64,000 nt of DNA from Raja brachyura. Its lineage: Eukaryota. Positions 23,250 through 35,939 of the stretch are shown here, in pieces. The stretch covers positions 36,208,001 through 36,272,000 of the forward strand of contig OY740792.1 of the NCBI GenBank assembly GCA_963514005.1, given 5' to 3'. A program made the position numbers and the translations under genes. Each line of letters opens with the position of its first letter. Position 1 is the stretch's first letter. The notes under the pieces were generated by a model that saw nothing but the letters and a program-made list of their open reading frames with translations, did not search any database and was not told the DNA's origin.

Positions 23250-26200
23250 TTCAGACAGCACCTGAGATCAGGATCGAACCCGGGTCTCTGGTGCTGTGGG
23301 GCAGCGACTCTGTCACGGCAGATTCTCTGCGTGAGTTGAGAGGGGAGGGTGGAAGATCTACCAGGGGCACCATATCAGGGACAACTGCAACGTGTAAGAA
23401 ACATTTGGACAGGTACATGGATAGGACAGGTTTAGAGAGATATGGGCCAAACACAGGCATGTGGGACTAGTGTAGATGGGACATTTTGTTCCCATGAGCA
23501 AGTTGGGGCAGAGGGCCTGTTTCCATGACTATGCCTCTTAGAGTCAAAGAGGAGGTGACTGGGTCAAGAATCATCATACGAAGGAGCGACGCCAAGAGAT
23601 ATTTCATGTCCTTGCAAGTTGTATCAAGGTAAACCCCACACAGAAAACGCCCTCCTTTGTGTTCTTGCTCCGTAAGAGACAGAGAGAAGTTGTTCGTCAC
23701 AGTCTATTAATCCTTGCCTAATCTCCATACACACTCATTCCGACACCACACCCTGCCTTTACCCTTCCCTTGACATCCTATCCTTACGCCACCCACATTC
23801 AGCTCAATCCTCCATACACAGAGGAATAAAAAGGTCTCTCGCTTTTGTTCTTCTCCCCTGTTCAGGCGAAGAGGAACAGGTGGCGCAGTGGGTAGAACCG
23901 CTGCCTCATGCCGACAGACCTGGGTTTGATCCTGACCTTGGGTGCTGTCTGTGTCTATGTCTGTGTGTCTGTCAAAGTTGCAGGTTCACCCTGTGATTGC
24001 GTGGGTTTCCTCCAGTTTCCTCCCACATCCCAAAGACGTGAGGGTTTGTAGGTTAATTGTCTCTCTGTAAATTGCCCCCAGTGTGTCGGGAGTGGATGAG
24101 AAAGTGGGATAACATAGAACTCGTGTGAATGGATGATGGATGGTCGGCCTGCACTCAGTGGGCTGAAGGGCCTGTTTCCATGCTGTACCCCTGAACTAAA
24201 TAGCCATCCACATGAGAAAGGGTCCTCTAGGTTGTAGGGAATATGTGGGAGGTCAGGTAGTCTTTGCACCAGCACCACCATGAAACCTTACCACCGAACA
24301 ACAATGGGACGGCTGACCTAGCTTTGGGCAAAATGAAGGCCAGCAGCATGGAGAAGCAAGGAACTGCAGATGCTGCTTTACAACAAAAAGACACAAAGTG
24401 CTGGAGTAACTCAGCAGATCAAGCAGTATCCCTGGAGAACACGGAAATACGGCGGTTCGGGATGGGACCCTCCTTCAGACTGATTGTGGTGGTGGTGGTG
24501 GGAGGGGGGTGGAGTTAGATGGCGGAGAGGAGGGGGCAGGACACAGCCCAACGAGTGAGAGGTGGAATGAAATGTAATAGAAAGGAACTGCAGATGCTGG
24601 GTTATACTAAAGGTAGACATAAAATGCTGGAGTAACTCAGCGGGTCAGGCAGCATCTTTGGGGGAGGTGGATTGGTTATGTTTCAGGTCGGGACCCTTTT
24701 TCAGATTGATTGTCGGAGGGGGAGGGTGGGGGGTGTTGGAAGGGGAGGGGGGGTGGGGGGGTGAAGGGGAGGAACTGGAATCAAGAAAATACGAGAACAA
24801 ACCAGAGGTGGCAACAGATGAGCTCAGGCAGGGAGTGATAGGTGGATACAGGTGAGTGGGAGGGGTTTGTTAGGCAGATGGTTGGACAAGGGCCAGGGAT
24901 GAAAAGCCAAAAAGGTGTGGGATGAGGATGGCTGTGTGACGTGTGAAGCCAGGAATATAGATGGAAAGGGACTAGGGAGAAATGGGTGTGTCAAGGCAGG
25001 GCATGGGGAAGAGGGGGGGGGGGGGGGGGGGGAAGGTAAGGGTGGGAGTGGGGGTTGTCGGTTAGTAGTTACCTAAAATTGGAGAATTCGATGTTCATAC
25101 CATTGGGTTGTAAGCAACCCTAGCGGAATATGAGGTGCTGTTCCTACAGTTTGCGCATGGCCTCACGGGCTATGGAGTACCAGACGTTGTTAAGAACATT
25201 TGCTTTAAAGAGCTCCTTACACTTTGCAAGTACTTCTTGAAATCGTTCTTCATTCCTGAGGGTAACCACACAGAAGGTTTGAGACCCACAAGCCTTCTGT
25301 TCCTCATTCAAAACACACGCATCAAACACACATCCCTTCTCCACAGTTCCAAGCAGAAGTGGCAGTCCAGTGTCGGCAAGCATGGCGCAGCGATGCAGCA
25401 GGTAGAGCCACTGCCTCACTGCGCCAGAGACCCGGGTACGAATCCACGCCAACCATCGATCGCCCATTCACACTAGTTCTATGTTATCCCACTTTCTCAT
25501 CCACTCCCTACACACATGGGCAATTTGCAGAGGCCAATTAACCTACAATTCCAAATCTTTGGAATGTGCGAGAAACCCAAAGCACCCGGAGGAAACCCAC
25601 GCAGCCACAGAGGGAACGTGCAAACTCCACACGTAGTCAGCACCCGTAGTCCGGATCGAACCCGGCTCTCCACCGCTGTGAGGCAGCAGCTCTACCAGCT
25701 GCACCACTGTGCCGCAGAAAGATGAGGCAGCTGATAAAGGTCTGGAAGAAAACATAGATCAAATTAGGAAAAGTCTTTGTCAATGGTCGCACTCTACTTA
25801 TTACCAAGACCATCTCACACTGATTCAATAGTTCAATGGATTTGTCATGTATGCACAGCACAATGAAATTTGTTTGCACAACCCACAAAGGCACAGTTGT
25901 CATATATTGGCACCGTTTACAAAGAAAAATCCCAAAGTCCAAAATCCTGCTCCACATGCTGCAAGTACTGCATGCTTGTTATGCAGCATGCAATGTTCTG
26001 TAAAGGAGAAGTGGCATTGTAGCTGAGAGCCTGGGGCATTTTGACACAAACGTTTGTTTCTTTTGGGAACAATATTGGCCTCAAAACATTGAGTATTGAC
26101 TCATTTCTCCTGGAATAATTTATTTGTTGCTGACTACATAGTCATCGTGACCACTTCTGTCGATGATGGGGCTTACCTCTCGAATGGTTGCAACCACATC

Positions 26201-26400
26201 CTGCACAAAAGAAGATGTTAAGAGCTATTGAAGAGAATATAGAAGACAGAACAGCACAGGAACAGACCCTTTTTGCCCACAATGTCCATGCTGAACGATG
26301 TCAGGTTATACTCATAAGCTAACTCATACTCATAACCCACAAGCTAGGGTACTGTCCGATTATCGCAATTGATGACATTGGACTTTGTCTTGAACTGATG

Positions 26401-27464
26401 TAGGTATGGTACAATACCTACCTTTAGCAGCGCTGCAGTTCTGCCGCTCCCCGTGTGCGCGACTTTGGCGCCTTTCCGAGGGGGGCGGGTTTAAAATGCC
26501 GATTTTTTTTCTAGGCAGTCCAAATCGATTCATGTCGGGCGATTTCGTCGCTAACGAGAAATCGCTCCGACATTTCATTCATAAAGGTATTTTTAAACTA
26601 CGCTAGATTATTTATTAACTAGAGTAGTTTAAAAATCATCTTCTAAAGCTCTGAATGGTGACAGTGGAACGGACCTGAGGTAGGCGATAAAAGAAGCTAC
26701 ACAGTTTATTTTTACATAAAAACTTGTTTTTTAGGAAGGCTTTAATCACATTTTCATGTTGCGAAAAGGGGACAAAAAAAAATGTATGAACCGGCTGTAA
26801 TTTTCATACCGACTTCACTGCAAACCACAACGTTCCAATCCACCGCATTCCACTAAAACCCACTCGCTAGTTGATTTAAATGGCCATTAATTTACAGGCA
26901 TTAAACACTAAATTCCTTCCATTTGGCCTATAAATTCATGAAAATGAGATTTAAAAATTATGTTATATTGTGGATTATTGTGTGAATGTTATTTGGACAC
27001 TTAGGCAATTTAAAAAAAGTTTCTTTTCTTAAGAAATGGATAGATGTTTAGATCTTTTCTTAAGAAATGGATAGATGTTTAGATCTACTCATTGAATTTT
27101 GTTATTAGCTACAATTAGATAACTAACTAATTATATGCTTTAATTTCAGGTCATCCAAGTAAGATTGTTTCATATTTGTTTCAGAATGCTTCAATCTATA
27201 ATAACTGAAAATTTCATTGAGTTGTCTTAATTTTTAAGAAAGTTATGGACTTTTGACTATTCCAGATCACAGCTTTTGAGTTGTCAATTGAAAGGCAATG
27301 GGGAACAAGATGCTAATTTCCGAGAATGAAAATGGTCATAACTTTCTTAATACTGAAGATATGAAAGTGAATTAGGTGTCAAATTAAACTTCTTTTTATG
27401 CTTTATCTGATGGGATAAATTGCAGACTTGATTTTTTAAATCTCAAAATTTTGTAACATTGCTA
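26401..27464. mobile_element. Non-autonomous DNA transposon (hAT-like termini), AT-rich
   Basis: Imperfect 14-bp TIRs TAGGTATGGTACAA / TTGTAACATTGCTA; flanking duplication actgatg; interrupts a LINE 3' tail; internal ~32-bp tandem duplication at ~27025-27086. Confidence 0.7.
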
Positions 27465-27915
27465 ACTGATGTTGAGTTGGATGATCAGCCATGATCATAT
27501 TGAATGGCGGTGCAGGCTTGAAGGGCCGAATGGCCTACTCCTGCACCTAATTTCTATGTTTCTATGTTTCTATGTGCTACAATGCTGAACTATATTCTGC
27601 AATCTGTATTTTCCCCTTTGTTCTACCTTTTGGCCTTGAGTTTGGCTTGATTGTATTTATGTACAGTATATCTAATTTGTTTGGATAGCATACAAAACAA
27701 AGTTTATCGCTGAACCTCAGTGCACATGACAATAATAATAACGAAAGTCAGAACTAAACCAATGCCATTGGAAATAGAGCCCATCGGTTGAGTTCACCTC
27801 ACTGTGTGTGCGTCATGACCGATGCAACGCCACACAAATGTGAAGCCACTGATAATGGTTCAGAGATACCCTCTCAATATGATAGTGGTGTTTAAGAGGC
27901 TTTTAGATCGGCACG

Positions 27916-28630
27916 CGTTAATATTGGCCAAATTAGAGTTATTATAAAATGGAGGATCTTTGCATTTGCAGGGCCTGCTTGGTATTTTTCTGTGAAATGC
28001 CACAAGCTGCGAGCCGGTGCCAGAAAGTCTAGGTCCTAGATTGATATGTCAGATGAGGTGAGGTCCAGATGTCCTCTCCATTGTTAAAATGTATGCGGAC
28101 TTTGCAGAGGAGCTGGAGAGTATTGCAAATGCATGATCATGATTGGCCAGCTGCAGAAGGGTTGTAAATACTGTTAATAATGTTGCAATGTGTTTGTGCT
28201 GCTGTTTGATGATTGGCTGAAGTGTGAAGCCTTGTTTGAGTTGTTTATATTACCTGGGAAAATGTTGCATTACTTGGTCAACTGACTTCTTTCCAGAAGC
28301 TTCTGTAGAAACATTGTAATGGGGTACTTTGTAATTGGGAACTGTCAATTATTGCATAAGGTGATCGATATGTGTGATTGACTTGTAGGGGTTGCCACCC
28401 CCATGTAGTTCTGCCCCACAGGGCGCTTGGGACTATGTAACCTTTTGGAGGTATCTGCTTACACAAGGCTGAAGGGCTTGAACAAGCAGAGACAAGGATC
28501 AGACCCGCAGTTGTTAGTATTGTGTAGGGAGTTCATTATTGTTTAAAAAAATAAGGTTTAGTATCCAGTGCTTGACTTAGTGTTATACTGAACTAGACTA
28601 AGGGGGGTTAGCTCTAGGAGCATAATTACA
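27916..28630 (+). repeat. ERV 5' LTR
   Basis: (c)gttaatattggcc...aattaca, aligns with 33657-34416; AATAAA near 28550. Confidence 0.9.
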
Positions 28631-28631
28631 T

Positions 28632-28649
28632 TGGGGGTTCGTCCGGGAT
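28632..28649 (+). promoter_or_regulatory. Primer binding site, tRNA-Pro
   Basis: tgggggttcgtccgggat, one mismatch to the canonical PBS-Pro TGGGGGCTCGTCCGGGAT, immediately after the 5' LTR. Confidence 0.9.
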
Positions 28650-30346
28650 CTCAACGGACCCCCAGACATAAGTTTGCGATCGATGTATAAGTTTGCGTTT
28701 GCAACGAAGTGTTGAGCCGTTCCAGATTGGGAGGGGAGAAATCGGCGCCACGGTGCGGTTTTCGTATCGGTTTTCCCACTTCGCTAGTTGGTGTGGATCG
28801 ATCATTCACGCGCTTGTGTTGGGGTTTCCAACGAGATCTGAGAACAGTAGTCCAGCAAGCACTGAGGGCATTCTTGCCTTTTGGGGTGAAAGGTCCTTTA
28901 TAATTAGTCAACAGCTGTTGCAAAATCCAAAAGGCAGGTATCATTGAGTTGGCCTGACAACAAAAAGTAGCTGAGGGGTTCAGGGCCCTGCCCAGACTGG
29001 GATATTCGATTGGCTGGATATTTGAATATACAGGACTGGGTTAGATTTCAGTACAAAGAGGTGAAGTACTGCAAGGGTGCAAATTGGAAAGGCACTTTAA
29101 AGATTGGCATCGACTGCCAGCATGAAGTGAATACGCACTGACGCCAGGTACCAAGCAGGCTGAAAGGAAGAAGACCGTTGGTGAGCCTATGAAGGTTTGA
29201 GTCCTTGCCTGTGCGAGTACTATCTGTAACTCTGAAATGGGGGAGGAGTCTCGTAAAGGTACCGGGAACTCAGTAGTTAAAGTATAATCGGCAGAAAACA
29301 CTTTTAACCAATCCTGAGAATTTAATAATACTAAAAACATTTGCTTAAAAATTTGAATTTGAATTTGCGTACTAAAAAGACATTTTGGATAAGAAAATAA
29401 CGATTTGCTATTTTTTAATCCAAATTTACCTAATTCAGGACCTCGTATTGTAGTGCTGGTTAGATCCTATTCCAGGCTTTCATATTGGAAGCTGGATGTT
29501 GTAAAGTGTATATATTTTCTTCCTGATTAACTTGTGTATAATACTTTGTTGAAATTGTTAATAGTTAAGATTTGTGACTTTAAATTTGTGCCGTTTAAAG
29601 TGTGTTTAAGATTGTCGACTGTTTCATTGTATTTACTGTGTATTGCTTTTGATTTAAAGTTTTGAATGTTAGATACACTGTTATAATAATGGTTTGAATC
29701 GACTGTATAACAACATAGTTTGATTGGGATTGTTATTAGAATTGGAGTCCGACTCGTGGCTGTTCAACCATGGGTTCGTATCCTTCTGATCGCTGTATGG
29801 GGGGGGGTGTTCTGTTGGTTGAAAACAGCACGACAAGGGATTAAACTATACTGTGATTTGATTTTCAAACTGTGCAGTTAACGAATGCGACATTAGACGA
29901 ATGCTTGTATTTATATTGGATTGTGTTTTTGCATGATAATTATAAGTGGTATAGTTTCTTGTCTAAGTACGATTTTGCTTGCATGGTTTTAGCTTATTTT
30001 CCTGTGTTTAAATTGAAGTGTTTTGAGTGTGGGAGATTGCTGCTGAAGAATATGTTTGATTGTTCACTTAAGCACCTTAATTTGGTCGACCAAAGATTGT
30101 TTTGGAATTTGGAATTTGAGTTGTGACTTGAGCGAGATTGTTAAGGAATTTGGATACCCAATTGAAAGAATTTGGATACCCAATGATTGTGCAATTGTGC
30201 TGTGAGAAGTGCAAGACTGTTGTTGCGCTACGGAGCTTTTGGCCATTGTTCGGGAACGAGTTTGATAAGTCTAAAGATTGCGAGAGAAGTGTGAATTGCT
30301 AAGGAGGTGTGAGTTGTTTAGGAGTTTGTTTCCATTGTCTGCAAAC

Positions 30347-32403
30347 ATGAGAAATCAAGTGGAGCGAGATATGACTGAAGATTTCGAGAGTCCATTGCAA
30401 TTAATATGCAGTGAATTTCCACAAAGAGCTGAAAGGTTGAGAGACCTTTCAGGAGAATTGAATTAGAAATTAGGGGACGAATTATGGCCCACGGGAGGTG
30501 TTAGAACATTGAAGGGAATAAAGTGTACAGAACGAATTATTTGGCAAAATAGTGACAGTGAGGTAGCGAAGGAGTTAATAGGATGGTGGAGAATATACTA
30601 TGCGACGCGGAAGGCAAATAAAGAGGTTATAAAAAATGGCAAATTGGAAGAGAGCAACTTCAAGGCTTGGGATGGAGCTGAAAGGTACTGAAGTCTATCA
30701 ACCTCTAGGTACATTGAGAAAGGAGCAGGAATGTGCTAGGGAGCAGGAGCAGGGAAGAGGGAAATCTTCCGAAGGGAATCTGGCACCAGCAGATCTTGAA
30801 ATTAAGGACCCGGTGGGTGGCATTGACCTTAAAGGGGAAGAAGATGACTATTTGAGGAGGTGGGAAAATATTCTTCTAGCGTTCCCCGTACTTCAGATAT
30901 ACCTTGTTTAGCTTGTGAACACAACACACATTTGGATTCGGCAGCACCTTTAACTCCACCTCCTGAATTTACGCCAAAGCTTGCTTCGCCAACAGTAGTG
31001 ATGCCAGCACGGGATTCTTTAACCCCGATTACTTCATTAACGATAGATAGTTCGGTAGCTCACGGTACCAGGAAGAATAGAGCCAGTATTCAAGGATAAG
31101 AGCTTGGAAGGAATAATACAACCCCCAAAGTGCCTTTGCGAGCCTGTGCCTAGACGAATTAGATGGGCAGTGGGGGATTATAAGGAGTCATTTGAAAGGT
31201 ACCGTAATTCCCTTAGTGAGGAGGAAAGTGCCTCTGAGGGTGAGACAATAGTTGGAGATGCTAAAACAGATCCCGATATAGTAAATATTATAAGAGCAGT
31301 GCAAATAACCCATAGGCAGTTCAGTTAGGAAAGTGCCTACCCCTACTTTCTATCGGGTTAGTGCAGCGGGTGCAGATGCCCACACCCCATGGAACCCCAA
31401 TGAGATGATGACAGTGTTGGGCAGGATCCCTGATAGAAAGAAGTCACCTGCTTCCTTTGTAGATGATTTGAGAACTACAATGCATGGGCTTTATGCAGAC
31501 TCCCAACACCTATGGGATGTGATACAACAGACAATTACTCCAACAAACACATCAGATTTCTAACAGCCTTAGGACATCCAGCACTTGAAGCATTGGCAGA
31601 TGTAATAGCAGGCAGTAGTGCAAGGGAAGAGGCAGTTTTAACTGCCCTAGCGAATACCTTTCAGAAACCAATTGATCTAGCTAGAATTTTGGAGATAAAA
31701 CTAAAGAAAGAAGAGGGAGCAGGTGAGTTCTTGGAAAGATTTTTAGACCTGTACACAGATCAATCAGGTGACCTAGATTATCAGAGTAGGGCAAATTCTC
31801 CACAATACTGTGCTATATTCCTACCAACGTGGCTGAATCAATCAATTAGAACTAATAACATGGACTTGTGGAACAACAGTGCCAGTCAGATGGCTCGGGC
31901 AGTGAGATGCCATTGGAGAGATATAAAAGAGCAGGAAGGTCAGCCTGCAGGTAAAATAAAGACAGAGTACGTGATTAAAAAGCTGTTGCCAAAATCAGAC
32001 TTGGGACGGGCGAGATCCTAGAATAATGACAGATCGTGAATTTGAAATTTGGGAAAAACAACACCCAGCGGATAAGTTCTATGACATACCTGCCTTAGAG
32101 CCGATTTCCCCTAGACTAAATTGGAGAAGGAGTAAAATGGTAGGGCCAGATCCGTGCTATACTTGTGGTGAAACAGAGCATTGGAGTAGATCATGTCCAA
32201 TGAATAGGAGGAAGGGGGTCAAAGAAGAGAGTCACAAGATCAGAAGAACCTTTTGGGGCCCTAGAAATTACAGGAGCACTCGAGATCCTAGAAAGCCTTT
32301 AAATCCTAGAGATCAGGGAGAGCCGAGAGTAAGCTGGCCAGAACAACAGGGGTCAAGAAGACAAACACCTTTTTCACAAACCAACCCATTTTCACAGTCC
32401 TGA
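30347..32403 (+). pseudogene. gag: ERV gag (MA-CA-NC), with multiple stops and frameshifts
   Basis: Capsid-like HTPWNPNEM...; MHR-like DLARILEIKLKKEEGAGEFLERF; zinc knuckle CYTCGETEHWSRSC (32155-32196); ends TNPFSQS*. Confidence 0.85.
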
Positions 32404-32809
32404 TCTGCCACCAATCCAGAATTTACGGACAAAACAACCTGAACCCTACCTCGAAACCTATTAAAATAATCTAAAGGGGTTACGTACACCATCACCATAA
32501 AACACTGAGAATGGTACAGGGAAGACAGTAGAGGAGAATAACCCAGGAGCAAGAGAAAATTGCAAAAAGCCCCATATATACCCTGAGGAATCTTTTAAAG
32601 TAAAGAAATTAGCAGCCTCAGGAGTCTGCTTCAATTGTAACCAATTAGGTCACTAGAGCAGGGAAGGCCCCACAAAAAGACAAAATAGAACAAAGTATGA
32701 GAAGAACAAAGAATCAATAAAGAGACTAAGAAGGGAGACAAAGTAACAGTTGGTGATGTGCAAGAACTCGATTTGGCACTAGTTGAAGGAGAGAAGGGAG
32801 CTGTAGAAT

Positions 32810-33345
32810 ACACTAATAAAGCGGCTACTGTTATCAAGGAGTTAAAGAGAAATTATCCCTAGATTTGGCATTCTTATTCAACTTAGTTTAGATGAAGATC
32901 CACATCATATTAGAAAAAACTAATATAAATAATGCGAACAGCTGGAGATCCAGCAGCAATTGTATTGTGAGTATCGATCACAGGCTGCTGGATTTGTAGA
33001 AGGGACAGATCAAACCCCTAAAACTAAAATTGACTAAATTAGAGGCAAGACTGAAATTGATTTGATTACAATTACCTCCCATCGTTTTGTTTCAAATACG
33101 AGTCACACCTGTAGAGAAATCTAGACTGAACACAGCTGAAATCATTATAATGGACCCTTAAGAACCACCTAGAATCACAATGCAATGAACATAATCAACT
33201 TCCATCATGTGACTGCGGAGATGGCCGACGACATTCTAGCTTTGACTCTAGTGTTGGGAGAGTTGTGCTGTAGAGTAAGAGCAGCATATAGTGAGAGGCC
33301 TCTTGTTGAAGGGAGGAATGCATGGGTACATTTCCACCATTGCAA
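32810..33345 (+). pseudogene. pol: ERV integrase C-terminal remnant
   Basis: Decayed motifs NKAATVIK..IIPRFGI..QLS.D..PH, QQLYCEYRSQAAGFVE, IVLFQIRVTP, WVHFHHCK. Confidence 0.75.
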
Positions 33346-33656
33346 GAATATCAGTGGGCGTATGGACTGCAAACTTACTTTATTCCAGGTTCTTTTAGAA
33401 ACTTCATACTCTACTATGGATCAAGCACAGATGAATTATCAAGATGGATGGAGGGGATTTGCGCCCATGAAAACTCGGGAGGTGAAGACTCATCAGATCG
33501 AAATCATGAAGCTACGCCCACGCAAATTCAGGAAGCTTGATGAAATTCTGGGAAAATACATCAGCATCTTTTTAAGATATCTGTTAGAATAAAGCAGTCA
33601 CTATTGTATTTTGGTTATCATTAATGATGGGTTATCATTATGATAAAATGGAGGAA

Positions 33657-34416
33657 TGTTAATATTGGCCAAATTAGAGTTATTATGAAATGTAAGATCT
33701 TTGCAAATGTAGGATCTGCAAGGCCTGCTTGGTCTTTTTCTGTGACAAGCTACAAGCTGTGAACCGGTGCCAGAAAGTCTAGGTCCTAGATTGATATGTC
33801 AGATTAGGTGAGGTCCAGATGTCCTCTCCATTGTTAAAATGTATGAGGACTTTGCTGAGGAGCTGAAGGGTATTGCAAATGCATGATCATGATTGGCCAG
33901 CTGCAGAAGGGTTGTAAATACTGTTAATAATGTTGCAAGGTGGTTGCGCTGCTGTTTGATGATTGGCTGAAGTATGAAGCCTTGTTTGAGTTGTTTATAT
34001 TACCTGGGAAAATGTTGCATTACTTGATCAACTGACTTCTTTCCAGAAGCTTCTGTAGAAACATTGTAATGGGGTACTTTGGAATTGGGTTGGGGAACTG
34101 TCAATTACTGCATAAGGTGATCGATATGTGTGATTGGCTTGTAGGGGTTGCCACCCCCATGCAGTTCTGCCCCATAGGGTCCGGTGACCTATAAAAAGTG
34201 ATCCCTACTACAATCGTTGTCGATCTTCTGGAAGGGCGCTTGGGACTTTGCAACCTTTTGGAGGTATCTGCTTGCACGAGGCTGAAGGGCTCGAACAAGC
34301 AGAGACAGGGATCGGACCCGTGGTGCTTAGGTATTGTGTAGGGAGTTCATTATTGTTTAAAAAATAAAGTTTAGTGTTCCAGTGCTTGACTCGGTGTTTT
34401 ACTGAACTAAATTACA
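33657..34416 (+). repeat. ERV 3' LTR, preceded by polypurine tract aaaatggaggaa
   Basis: TG...CA termini; TATAAAAA at ~34190; AATAAA at ~34363. Confidence 0.9.
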
Positions 34417-35751
34417 CTTGGATATGGAGGAATATGGATCACGTGCAGTCAAAGGAGATTAGTTTAGTTTATTGTCACGTGTAATGAGGTACAGTGAAAA
34501 GCTTTTGTTGTGTGCTAACCAGTCAGCAGAAAGATAATACATGATAACAAATAGTTTAATTGGGGTCTTGTTTGGCACAGACATTATGGGCTGAAAGGCC
34601 TATTTCTGTGGTGTACTGTTTTATGTTCTCAGTAGTCTAGACATTAAATCCAAAACACAGAGCTGTGAAATGATTTTTTTTTTTTGAATTGGTGTAAATC
34701 TTTATTTAATTTCACTCTCCTGAAATACCATGCAACATTTTACTGTGTTAGTGGCGCTTAAGAGGCTTTTAGATGGTCATCTGGATATGTAGGGAACGGA
34801 GGGATATGGATCACGTGCAGGCAGAGGAGTTCAGGTTTTTTATTATTGTTGTCATGTGTGCCGAGGTAGAATGAAAAGCTTTTTTTTGCATGCTATCTAA
34901 TCAGATCAAATAATACTATATATAAATACAATCGTCAATCTTGGGTACAATAGGTAGTGTCACAAAGAGCTGGAGTAACTCAATGGGTCAGGCAGCATCT
35001 ATGGAGAAAAGGTATGTGTTTAGTTTAGTTTGGTTTATTATTATTATTATTGTCATGTGTACCAAGGTAGAGTGAAAAGATTTTTGTTTTTGGTCGGGAC
35101 CCTTCTTCCATCTGAGGAAGGGTCCTGACCTAAAAGGTCACCTGTCCATGTTCTCCAGAGATGTCCCTGGCCCCCTGAGTTACTCCAGCATTTTGTGTCT
35201 TTTTTTGCATATCCTTGTTTCTACAACAGGTTGAGCTAAGGGGAAGATACAGGGTGCGGAATGTAGTTCTCAGCATTGTAGCAGCACCAGTTCCAGAGAC
35301 AAAGTCCAATGTCCTCAATGAGATAGAGGTGAATCGAACAGTACCCTAGCGTTAGATGTGGCACTTGTGGCTAAAGGGATCAGGGGGTATGGAGAGAAGC
35401 CAGGTACAGGATACTGAGTTGGATGATCAGCCATGATCACATTGAATGGCGGTGCAGGCTCGAAGGGCCGAATGGCCTACTCCTGCACCTATTTTTATAT
35501 GTTTCTATGTTATGGAAGGGCTGTTCAGAAGCCTGATAAGAGAGGAGAAGAAGCTATTCCCGAGTCTGATGGTATGCGCTTTCAAGCTTCTGTAGCTTCT
35601 GCCAGATGGGAACGGGGAGAAGGAAGAATGACCAAGGTCAGACATGTTTTTGATAGCATTGAGATGTCCTAACATATATTGTAGAAGAATATGCTGCCTA
35701 TGCCGCTAAAAGAGGTCAAAGTTTCAACTAAAATAACTACAATAATGGCTA

Positions 35752-35939
35752 AAGAAGGAACTGCAGAGGTAGAAGGTAGACAAAAATGCTGGAGAAACTC
35801 AGTGGGTGAGGCAGCATCTATAGAGCGAAGGAAATAGGCGATGTTTCGGGTCTGAAGAAGGGTTTCGACCTGAAACATCACCTATTTCCTTTGCTCCATA
35901 GATGCTGCCTCACCTGCTGAGTTTCTCCAGCATATTTGT
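35752..35939. mobile_element. Fold-back (inverted pLTR) Penelope-derived mini-element with central hammerhead motif
   Basis: ~75-bp inverted arms; 15-bp TSD ctacaataatggcta (35737-35751 / 35940-35954). Confidence 0.8.

Larger units (their letters stand above)
27916..34416 (+). mobile_element. Endogenous retrovirus, class I (gamma/epsilon-like), defective provirus
   Basis: Two similar ~715-760 bp direct LTRs, tRNA-Pro PBS, decayed gag, integrase remnant, PPT. Inserted in a CR1 3'-tail fragment; degenerate 4-bp flanks cacg/cttg. Confidence 0.92.
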
